Below are positions 1 through 7,501 of a stretch of DNA of 36,596 bases, in pieces. How positions within the stretch are numbered: the first letter of the stretch is position 1; each line of letters opens with the position of its first letter. This stretch comes from an uncultured Candidatus Saccharibacteria bacterium (GTDB taxonomy: Bacteria > Patescibacteriota > Andersenbacteria > UBA10190). Location of the stretch: the NCBI GenBank assembly GCA_964562905.1, contig CAZLVG010000002.1, positions 1 through 36,596 of the forward strand. The letters run 5' to 3'. The position numbers were made by a program, and so were the translations under genes. The notes under the pieces were generated by a model. The model saw only the letters and a list, made by a program, of their open reading frames with translations. It was not told where the DNA came from and searched no databases.

Positions 1-1505
1 CCCGACAGGTCCACTTCGGCGCCGCCGGTGTTTTTAAGTTCAATGAATTCATGGTGCCTGTCGGGACCATCCGGGTTGGGCAGCAGCTCGTTCAGCACGA
101 CCTCGTCTGAATAAACCGGTTCCGTTATGCTGATCTCTTTTTCAGCCACATCTTCTTCTTTACCGTCACTGACCGCAACCGCCACCGTGTACGTACCGGC
201 GGCCGAAAAAGCGTGCTCGGCCTCCACGCCCTGGGCGTATGTTCCGTCGCCGAAAGACCAGTTAAAAGCCAGCTCGTCGCCGTCCGCGTCAACGGAATCT
301 TCCGCGCTAAACCACACTTCCCGGCCGACCAGCCCTTCTCCTCCACCGGTTAGCACCGCTGCAGGCGGTCTGTTAACCGGCGTCGGGCTGTTGGGTCTGC
401 CCGGCGTGCCGAAGTTACTGCTGTCCGCCGTGTCCCAAAAAGTACCGCTGTTGCAGCCGCCGCCCCCCTCATCGTTGTCTTCACACGTGTGCCATGAGGA
501 GGCCCGCAGTCCGTCGCCCGGCTCGTCGTTGCGCTCCATGGATTTTTTCAGGCCGCCCGCGCCGTCCCCTTTCTCTCCTGCCGGCCATTCTTCTCCTTTA
601 GCTCCATCAATCATGGCGCCGCTGGCGTCTTTCAAAATAATATTCCCGTTCTTAGTGCTGCTGGTATTGTCATAAAAGAAAACGCTCGCGGTGTCCCAGT
701 CAACGTTTATGTTGTCATTATGTAGAGCTGAATTTTCGTGCGTACTTACATAGTTAGCTATCAGGAAAAACCCGTTAGCGGGAATTGATTTGTTGTCAGG
801 TATGGTTAATGTTCCACCGCTTGTTGCAGCACGCTCTAAAGTCCACCCACTTATATCTATTTCTTTATCTGTCATGTTTCGCAATTCAATCCACTCGTCT
901 GCGTCTGAAACATCCGACCCCATCCACATTATTTCGTTGATGACCACATCGCCCGCCGCGGCGGCGAGCGCCGCGGCGGGTATCTGCGCCGCCCCCAGCA
1001 GCGGCACCGCCATCAGCACCAGCGCCAACTGCCTCAAGTATCTTGAACTGGCCACCAGCCCGAACAACGCGGCCGCCATAACAACCGCCGCTCCATACGG
1101 CCATCCGGCCAGCAGCCACAATACGGCCGCCCCCTGCCATAGAGCGCCCACCCGGCCCAGAGCGCCCATGCTTAAACGAAAACCCTTTCCCTCCACCCGG
1201 CGCCGTATCAGCGCCGGGACCACCGCCAGGTCTTTAGCCGTCAGCAACAACGCCAGGGGTGAAATCAACCCGGTAGACACCGCCGTGAACACGCCCCCGA
1301 CCAGAACCAGCCGGTCAACCGACTTGTCAAACAAGTCCCCGAAATCAGAAGCCTGGCCCAGCCGCCGGGCCAGCCATCCGTCAGCCGCGTCCAAAGCCCA
1401 GGCCGGCGCAAAAAACACCGCGGCGGCGGCTCCCCAGCGGTGAGCCGCGAAGACAAAAAACAGAAAAAGTATCAGGCGCAGTCCGGTAACAAGATTAGCC
1501 GCCAT
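1..1505 (-). CDS. CDP-alcohol phosphatidyltransferase (PgsA-like) domain fused to an extracytoplasmic lamin-tail(LTD)-PKD-LTD region; 3' end runs off the window
   Basis: My own minus-strand translation from ATG 1505..1503 (1 nt after the ruvB stop) stays open to position 1. It is absent from the ORF track because no stop lies in the window. N-terminus MAANLVTGLRLILFLFF. DGWLARRLGQASDFGDLFDKSVD fits D-G-x2-A-R-x8-G-x3-D-x3-D. Several hydrophobic helices follow. Then come VVINEIMWMGS..EWIELRN (LTD-like), NWSFGDGTYA..GTYTVAVAVSDG (PKD-like) and VVLNELLPNPDG..EFIELKNTG (second LTD). Confidence 0.75.
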   Translation of the reverse strand, partial: MAANLVTGLRLILFLFFVFAAHRWGAAAAVFFAPAWALDAADGWLARRLGQASDFGDLFDKSVDRLVLVGGVFTAVSTGLISPLALLLTAKDLAVVPALIRRRVEGKGFRLSMGALGRVGALWQGAAVLWLLAGWPYGAAVVMAAALFGLVASSRYLRQLALVLMAVPLLGAAQIPAAALAAAAGDVVINEIMWMGSDVSDADEWIELRNMTDKEIDISGWTLERAATSGGTLTIPDNKSIPANGFFLIANYVSTHENSALHNDNINVDWDTASVFFYDNTSSTKNGNIILKDASGAMIDGAKGEEWPAGEKGDGAGGLKKSMERNDEPGDGLRASSWHTCEDNDEGGGGCNSGTFWDTADSSNFGTPGRPNSPTPVNRPPAAVLTGGGEGLVGREVWFSAEDSVDADGDELAFNWSFGDGTYAQGVEAEHAFSAAGTYTVAVAVSDGKEEDVAEKEISITEPVYSDEVVLNELLPNPDGPDRHHEFIELKNTGGAEVDLS

Positions 1506-1506
1506 C

Positions 1507-2541
1507 CTACGCCAGAGTGCCTTGGCCGGTCGAGATACCCAAATGCTCTTTGCCCGCCTGTGTTACCACCCTTCCTCTGGGAGTTCGTTTCAGGAAGCCG
1601 CACTGCAGCAGCCAGGGCTCAATTACCTCCTCCAGCGTGCGTTGCTCCTCGGAGGTCACCGCCGCCAAGGTCTGCAGTCCCGCCGGTCCTCCGTCAAACT
1701 GTTGCACTAGAGCTTGCAGTATCCGCCTGTCAACGGCGTCCAGCCCCACCTCGTCAATCTCCAGCATTTTTAAAGCCTGGCGCGCGGTGGCGACCCCCAC
1801 TTGCCGATATTTGTGCACCTGGGCAAAGTCGCGGATACGTTTTAGCAGGCGGTTGGCTACCCGCGGCGTGCGGCGGCAGCGCCTGGCCACTTCCCGCAGG
1901 GATTCTTCATCAATGCTAAGACCCAACAGGCGGGAGGAGCGGCTTAAAATTTTCACCAAATCGTCCTCGGTATAAAAATCAAGACGGTAAGTCATGCCAA
2001 ACCGGTCCCTTAAAGGAGAGCCCAGCAGGCCCACCCTGGTAGTCGCTCCCACCAGAGTAAAAGGAGGCAAGTCCAGCCGCAGCGTGCGGGCACCCGGCCC
2101 TTGGCCCACCACCAGATCCAGAGAAAAGTTTTCCATGGCCGGGTAGAGCACCTCTTCTACTGACTGCTGCAAGCGGTGCATTTCATCCACAAACAGAACG
2201 TCTCCTTCCTGTAAGTTAGTCAGAATTCCCGCCAAGTCGGCCACTTTAGTCAGGGCCGGGCCGGCCGTAATGCGAACATTCGTATTCAGTTCCCTGGCTA
2301 CAATATGGGCCAGGGTGGTCTTGCCCAAGCCCGGCGGACCGGCCAGCAGAACGTGCTCTAGAGCTTCTTTCCTCTGCCGAGTAGCCTGCAAAAAAACTTT
2401 TAAAGACCGCTTCAGCTTGTCCTGCCCCACAAATTCCGACAAGCGCTGCGGCCGCAGGCGGGCGTCCAGTGAAGCGTCCTCCCCACTATCCGTCCGGCCA
2501 GCGGCTGTCACCGATGTTTCTGCTTCTTCTATAGCCATCAA
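1507..2541 (-). CDS. ruvB: Holliday junction branch migration ATPase RuvB
   Basis: 344 aa. RPQRLSEFVGQ, Walker A GPPGLGKTTLA, Walker B LFVDEMHRL and the C-terminal winged-helix region GLD..DRRIL are all typical of RuvB. Confidence 0.97.
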   Translation of the reverse strand: MMAIEEAETSVTAAGRTDSGEDASLDARLRPQRLSEFVGQDKLKRSLKVFLQATRQRKEALEHVLLAGPPGLGKTTLAHIVARELNTNVRITAGPALTKVADLAGILTNLQEGDVLFVDEMHRLQQSVEEVLYPAMENFSLDLVVGQGPGARTLRLDLPPFTLVGATTRVGLLGSPLRDRFGMTYRLDFYTEDDLVKILSRSSRLLGLSIDEESLREVARRCRRTPRVANRLLKRIRDFAQVHKYRQVGVATARQALKMLEIDEVGLDAVDRRILQALVQQFDGGPAGLQTLAAVTSEEQRTLEEVIEPWLLQCGFLKRTPRGRVVTQAGKEHLGISTGQGTLA

Positions 2542-2733
2542 TAATAATATACACGCCCTTTTGCTCTTGACCCAAAGCCGCTTCTTGCACTACATTATAG
2601 AGTTGCTCTTCTGTTCACTGTAGGCAGTCCTTAAGGAGCTTGTGCCCAGATCGGTAGTAAGTGGTCTTTAAGACGACTGCTAGCCTCGACACCTGCTTCT
2701 ATTGTCTACAGTAAACAGAAGAGGAATTATATA

Positions 2734-2760
2734 CAACACTAGTATAATAACAAAGTGTTG
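2734..2760 (+). promoter_or_regulatory. Candidate -10 element (TATAAT 2743..2748) embedded in a 7-bp inverted repeat
   Basis: CAACACT (2734..2740) and AGTGTTG (2754..2760) flank a perfect TATAAT 18 nt upstream of the ATG at 2766. No good -35 was seen. Confidence 0.3.
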
Positions 2761-2765
2761 GCCGC

Positions 2766-3464
2766 ATGAATAACTTTTCAAAAGTACTGGCGGGAGCCGT
2801 TTTAATTCTCCTGCCGCTGGCAGGCTGGGTACAGACCACGGCCACGGCGGCGTGGCGGAACCGCCTGGCTGTTCCCAACCTGACGGGCGAGCCCCGCCGG
2901 CACACTCCGCTGTACCACTATGGAACTTTTCTTCCTCCTGTTATTACCCGGGATACGACTATCCCTCCTTCGGCGGGGCCGGTGTTACTTGCCGGTACCA
3001 CCCGTATCGCTCCCGGCGTCTCTCTCTTTCTGCCCGCCGGCACCAGGCTGTATGCCAGCGAGTTCAGCGGGCTGGTGGTGGAGGGGCTGCTAACAGTACA
3101 AGGGACAAAAGAGCGTCCCGCCCTGCTTTCCTCCAACGAACAACATCCCCTGAACCAAGTCTGGAGCGGGATTACCGTCAAAAAAGGAGGCCGGGCCGTA
3201 ATAACTCAAACTGCTATCCATTTCGCCGCTCCGGCTCTGACCTGCCTACCAGGCAGTACAGCCAGTTTGGATCAATCGCGTATCGCGGATACGCCGACGG
3301 CCATTTACTCCGCCGCTCCTGGCTGTGAAATAACAAGAAGCCGTATCCACAGCACCCGTTACGGCATAGTCGCCGCCGGGGTTAAGCCCAAGATAGAGGA
3401 TACGCAATTTTACGCGGCCCGCGGTGATATTATAAAAGTACCCGATTTAACCATAGGCCGGTAA
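2766..3464 (+). CDS. Hypothetical secreted protein (N-terminal signal peptide; possibly beta-helix repeats)
   Basis: 232 aa. Hydrophobic N-terminus MNNFSKVLAGAVLILLPLAGW. The rest is Gly/Thr/Ala-rich with short repeated strand-like segments. No family recognised. Confidence 0.55.
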   Translation: MNNFSKVLAGAVLILLPLAGWVQTTATAAWRNRLAVPNLTGEPRRHTPLYHYGTFLPPVITRDTTIPPSAGPVLLAGTTRIAPGVSLFLPAGTRLYASEFSGLVVEGLLTVQGTKERPALLSSNEQHPLNQVWSGITVKKGGRAVITQTAIHFAAPALTCLPGSTASLDQSRIADTPTAIYSAAPGCEITRSRIHSTRYGIVAAGVKPKIEDTQFYAARGDIIKVPDLTIGR

Positions 3465-3475
3465 ACTGTACTATT

Positions 3476-4000
3476 ATGTCCGGACACTCTAAGTGGCATA
3501 GAATAAAACGCAAGAAAGAAGCTGCTGATGCCAAACGCGGCCAGCAGTTCGACCGCCTGGCTGAACAGATAAAAACAGCGGCCCGCTCCGGGCGCGACCC
3601 CGCCGCCAATCCCGCCTTGAAAGAGGCCGTGGCGCAAGCCAAGCGCGCGAACATGCCGCAAGCTAACATTGACCGCCTCCTGGGCGATGCGCGGGCGGAC
3701 GCGACGCAAACTGCCGTTTATGAGGTTTTTGGGCCGTCCGGCACGGGACTGCTGGTAATTGCCGCCACGGACAACGGGCGGCGCACCGCGGCCGAAGTGC
3801 GAGCCGTGCTGGCCAAGCACGGCGGCAGCCTGGGCCAGCCGGGCAGCGTCAAGTGGAAATTTGAAGCCACCCCCCAGCAACAATACCGGCCTAAGTACCC
3901 TTCAGCCCTTATTAAAAAAGACAGGAGAAAGGTTAACGATCTCAAACGCGAGCTCATGTCGCTGCCGGACATTAAGCAGGTTCACGCCGACACCGACTAG
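3476..4000 (+). CDS. yebC: YebC/PmpR-family protein, shortened form
   Basis: The N-terminus MSGHSKWHRIKRKKEAADAKRG..F is the YebC signature. The length is 174 aa against the usual roughly 240. It lies directly upstream of ruvC, as in many bacteria. Confidence 0.85.
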   Translation: MSGHSKWHRIKRKKEAADAKRGQQFDRLAEQIKTAARSGRDPAANPALKEAVAQAKRANMPQANIDRLLGDARADATQTAVYEVFGPSGTGLLVIAATDNGRRTAAEVRAVLAKHGGSLGQPGSVKWKFEATPQQQYRPKYPSALIKKDRRKVNDLKRELMSLPDIKQVHADTD

Positions 4001-4065
4001 CCAGCGCCGCCGTAAATTGCCAACACTGCGTAACGTAACCGCTCCATCACTTTTAAGGAAAAACC

Positions 4066-4545
4066 GTGATCATAATAGGATTAGACCCTGGACTGGCCCG
4101 CACCGGCTACGGCGTGCTGAACTGTGGGCACCAACATTCTTTCGTCCGCTGCGGCTGCCTGGTCACCGCGGCCGGTGACAGCCTGCCCGACCGCTTACAC
4201 GCCTTAGGGCAAGACCTTTCTTCCCTTATCAAGGACCTCGCCCCGCGCCGAGCGGTAGTAGAAGAGGTTTTCTTTGGACGCAACGCTAAAACGGCCTTCA
4301 GCACAGCCCACGCCCGCGGGGTGCTAATATACATATTAAGACGGCACCGCGTGCCGGTATTTACTGTCACGCCGCGGCAAATAAAATCATCACTGACCGG
4401 CTACGGCAACGCCAGCAAACAACAGGTGCAGTTGCTAGTCGCCAGCCGCCTAAATCTAGACCGCCTTCCCCAGCCAGATGATGCGGCCGACGCCCTGGCG
4501 GCCGCCCTGTGCCTGGCGGACCTGCCCCGTCGGCCATCGCCATAA
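4066..4545 (+). CDS. ruvC: Crossover junction endodeoxyribonuclease RuvC
   Basis: GTG start. IIGLDPGLARTGYGV, VVEEVFF and PDDAADALAAALC carry the RuvC catalytic acidic residues. Confidence 0.93.
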   Translation: MIIIGLDPGLARTGYGVLNCGHQHSFVRCGCLVTAAGDSLPDRLHALGQDLSSLIKDLAPRRAVVEEVFFGRNAKTAFSTAHARGVLIYILRRHRVPVFTVTPRQIKSSLTGYGNASKQQVQLLVASRLNLDRLPQPDDAADALAAALCLADLPRRPSP

Positions 4546-4630
4546 ACAGCGCCTCGCTCCAGCAATACTTACCATGCTGACATGATTAACCGAAACGTTC
4601 CTTGACTAAAAAACGGCTCCCGCCTAGCTT

Positions 4631-6208
4631 ATGAGCACAACTGTGAAAACACGCCCCACCATTCCCCTGTTGGCAGTAACTTTCACCGTGCTGGGAGGCG
4701 GTCTTCTGCTTGTTTCTCCCCTGGCCGCCCTGGCTCAAGACAGGGAACAAAACGCGTCTGACGGGGAAAGTATCAGCCAGGTTTTGGACGCCGGCCCCAC
4801 CCGCCGTGCTATCAGAGAGCGGCCAGTGCTGTTTGAGGCGCCGGATTTTCAGCCTCCCGACGGAAGCCCTGTGTTGAAAGTGTCATGGGATTTCGGCGAC
4901 GGCGACGAAGGCGCTGGACCAACTGTTAGCCACGTTTACAGTCAGCCGGGATCTTATCTGGTCACTCTAACCGCGGTAAGTGACAACAATGTATATAGCG
5001 ACACAGCCGAAGTGCACGTGTTTAACCACTTACTGGTAGTGGTAGCCGACAGCAGCGCGTCCCTGGAACAGGTAAAGTTTAGCGCGCGGCAAGCGGCCTC
5101 CAAAGGCGTGCTGTTGCACCTTGTCCAGCCAAAAGGCAGCGGGCCGGAGGTTTTAACAGAAGAAGAGCTGGCCGGCCAGTTACGCGATATCCGCTCTAAG
5201 CTGTCCGACGCGCATCTCGTCGTGGTGTGGACCTCGGGCAGTGTGGGAGCTAACTCGCTGACCAAATTTGCCCAGCACATTAAACCAACAGCTACTCCTC
5301 CCGCCAAACACAAACCTTTCCAAGGAAAGGGGATCGTTTTTTTGTCAAAGACGCCTTTCGGCGTGCTGGCCCCGGCAGCCCAATCAACTTTTGACCAGCT
5401 AAAGCCTGAATTTACCCTGCTAACCAGGCCCGCGGCCCTGGAGCTGCTAGCCGTCACCACCACGGCCGAACAAGCCCGCCGCGCTGTCATGGACAGTTCA
5501 CTGGAATTCCGCCTGTTAGGCAACTTCAGCGCCCGTACTGTTTCCGATTTAAGTGTGACCAACTTTATGTCGTTTGGCATAAATTTCCTTATTAACCGCG
5601 GAGTATCAGTCAGCAGCATAGCCCTTATCCTTATGCTGCCCGTTATCGCCACCATCCTGGCTTTCGCCCGCCAGGTCGTAGGCATTAAAGCGTTCGGCTT
5701 AATCACGCCGGCCATGACCACCCTATCCTTTTTGGTTATGGGACTGCGGTACGGGCTAGTCGTCTTCGCGGCCATCCTACTGACAGGAACGGCTACCCGC
5801 TTGCTGCTACGCCGCCTGCGCCTTTTGTACTTGCCCCGCATGGCGCTAATACTGACCAGCGTCAGCTTTGCCTTGCTGCTCCTGGTGGGGCTGGGCGCGG
5901 CTACCGACCGCAGCGGCGTCCTGTCTTTCTCCATATTTCCCGCCCTGATATTGACCATTCTGGCGGAACACTTCATAGCCGCGCAGTTCAAGTCTGGATT
6001 GCGGTCCGCCTTTACCGTCACCGTCTGGACACTGGCCTTGGCCACGATATGTTATTTTATAGTAAGCTCCGAACTCTTCCGCACCCTGATAGTGTCCTAT
6101 CCGGAAATCACCCTGCTGGCCATTCCCATTAATTTAATCTTGGGACAGTGGAGCGGGCTGCGCCTAACCGAATACATACGTTTCAGGCACCTGTTGCGCC
6201 ATGGCTAA
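4631..6208 (+). CDS. Signal peptide + PKD-like domain + unknown domain + C-terminal multi-pass (7TM_transglut-like) membrane module
   Basis: 525 aa. VSWDFGDGDEG..GSYLVTLTAVSDNN is PKD-like. The C-terminal roughly 230 aa form consecutive hydrophobic helices ending in GQWSGLRLTEYIRFRHLL. As I recall, this resembles the 7TM module found next to RimK-like ligases. It overlaps the next gene by 8 nt (ATGGCTAA). Confidence 0.7.
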   Translation: MSTTVKTRPTIPLLAVTFTVLGGGLLLVSPLAALAQDREQNASDGESISQVLDAGPTRRAIRERPVLFEAPDFQPPDGSPVLKVSWDFGDGDEGAGPTVSHVYSQPGSYLVTLTAVSDNNVYSDTAEVHVFNHLLVVVADSSASLEQVKFSARQAASKGVLLHLVQPKGSGPEVLTEEELAGQLRDIRSKLSDAHLVVVWTSGSVGANSLTKFAQHIKPTATPPAKHKPFQGKGIVFLSKTPFGVLAPAAQSTFDQLKPEFTLLTRPAALELLAVTTTAEQARRAVMDSSLEFRLLGNFSARTVSDLSVTNFMSFGINFLINRGVSVSSIALILMLPVIATILAFARQVVGIKAFGLITPAMTTLSFLVMGLRYGLVVFAAILLTGTATRLLLRRLRLLYLPRMALILTSVSFALLLLVGLGAATDRSGVLSFSIFPALILTILAEHFIAAQFKSGLRSAFTVTVWTLALATICYFIVSSELFRTLIVSYPEITLLAIPINLILGQWSGLRLTEYIRFRHLLRHG

Positions 6209-7496
6209 ATCCCTTTACCGGCAGGCTAGCCGAGTGCTCGGCTTTAACGCCCGAGCGCTTAAGTACACCCTGGGGGGCAATAATCCGCACGCCGCCGCCG
6301 CCGCTCGCAACAAACTGGTCACCAAGCGCGTTTTGCAGAAAGCCGGCCTGCCTACTCCCCGGCTGTACGCCGCTATATCCTCGCGCCAACAATTAAGGTC
6401 TTTCAGGTGGACCAAGCTTCCCTCCTCCTTCGTGGTAAAACCCCGTTCCTCCCACGGCGGCGGCGGGGTGGTGGTAATCTTCGGCCGCAATAAAAAAGGC
6501 AACTGGGTGAAGGCTGACAAAACGGAAGTTTTTATCCCGGAACTCAAAAAGCACGTTATTGATATTCTTGACGGAAATTTTTCCCCCGCCAACTTTCCCG
6601 ATACGGCTCTTTTTGAACAACGCGTGAGAAATCACCCCACTCTTAAGCCGTACAGCTACCAGGGCATAGCCGACGTCCGTGTTATCGTATATAACTTGGT
6701 GCCGGTCATGGCTATGCTGCGCTTGCCCACGCCGGAATCCCACGGCCGCTCCAATCTGCACGCCGGGAGTATAGGCGCCGGTATTGACTTGGGGTCCGGG
6801 TTGACCACCGCGGCCATACGCCACGGATCACCCATAGAATCTCTGCCTGGCCAACGCCTATCCCTGCGAGGAATAAAGGTGCCCAACTGGCGGGAAGTCC
6901 TCTTAAGCGCCATCAAAGCTTCCCAGGCTCTGAACCTTCCCTTCGCGGGGGTGGACATAGCCATTGACCGCGATGACGGTCCCCTTATCCTGGAAATAAA
7001 TGCCCACCCCGGCCTTGATATCCAGTTAGCTAATATGGCCCCGCTACACTCCCGTCTAGTCCGCGTTGAAGGAATTAACATATCTTCGCCGTCTAAAGGT
7101 ATCCAGATAGCTAAAAGCCTCTTTGCGGGCGACACGACGGAGCAAGAGCTTGAAGACGTGGTCGGAAACCCGGTGGTGGGGGTAACGGAAGAAGTCCAAG
7201 TGTCAGCGGCTGACGGTACCAGCCACCCCCTGACCGCTAAGATAGACACGGGGGCGTGGCGCACTACTATAGACGCGGACTTGGCAAAAAAACTGGGCAT
7301 TGACACCAAGGTAATTAAGCAACACCAAGTGCGCGGCGCTCTGGGAACACAAGAGCGGCCGGTAGTACAACTCTCCTTCCTTTTAAAAGGCAGGCTGATC
7401 AAAACCCAGGCTTATTTAGCTGACAGGTCCCACCTGAAGCGGCCCATGATTATCGGGCGGCGCGACCTCAAAGGTTTTCTTATTAACCTGGACTAG
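6201..7496 (+). CDS. RimK-related ATP-grasp ligase (alpha-L-glutamate ligase-like) fused to a C-terminal retropepsin-like (RimB/Zn_protease-type) domain
   Basis: 431 aa. LGFNARALKY, DKLVTKRVL-like NKLVTKRVLQKAGLPTP, FVVKP..HGGGGVVV, VPVMAMLRLPT..S.GRSNLHAGSIGAGIDL and GPLILEINAHPGLDIQLAN match the TIGR02291-type ATP-grasp. The C-terminal roughly 110 aa carry AKIDTGAWRTTID (D-T-G-A aspartic peptidase motif). Confidence 0.85.
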   Translation: MAKSLYRQASRVLGFNARALKYTLGGNNPHAAAAARNKLVTKRVLQKAGLPTPRLYAAISSRQQLRSFRWTKLPSSFVVKPRSSHGGGGVVVIFGRNKKGNWVKADKTEVFIPELKKHVIDILDGNFSPANFPDTALFEQRVRNHPTLKPYSYQGIADVRVIVYNLVPVMAMLRLPTPESHGRSNLHAGSIGAGIDLGSGLTTAAIRHGSPIESLPGQRLSLRGIKVPNWREVLLSAIKASQALNLPFAGVDIAIDRDDGPLILEINAHPGLDIQLANMAPLHSRLVRVEGINISSPSKGIQIAKSLFAGDTTEQELEDVVGNPVVGVTEEVQVSAADGTSHPLTAKIDTGAWRTTIDADLAKKLGIDTKVIKQHQVRGALGTQERPVVQLSFLLKGRLIKTQAYLADRSHLKRPMIIGRRDLKGFLINLD

Positions 7497-7501
7497 CATA
7501 T

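Noticed and set aside
127-1443. Plus-strand track ORFs 127..675 (182 aa) and 790..1443 (217 aa)
   Set aside because: Both lie antisense to a continuous minus-strand ORF with clear PgsA, LTD and PKD motifs. Their products are low-complexity Ser/Pro/Ala-rich strings typical of shadow frames in GC-rich DNA.
1440-1975. Plus-strand ORFs 1440..1919 and 1517..1975 opposite ruvB
   Set aside because: They are antisense shadows of a well-supported ruvB gene, with Pro/Arg/Ala-rich nonsense composition.
4954-7402. Long minus-strand ORFs 4954..6045 (363 aa) and 6656..7402 (248 aa)
   Set aside because: They lie antisense to the 7TM and ATP-grasp genes, which carry recognisable motifs. Their products are Arg/Ser/Thr-rich with no motifs, so they are shadow ORFs.
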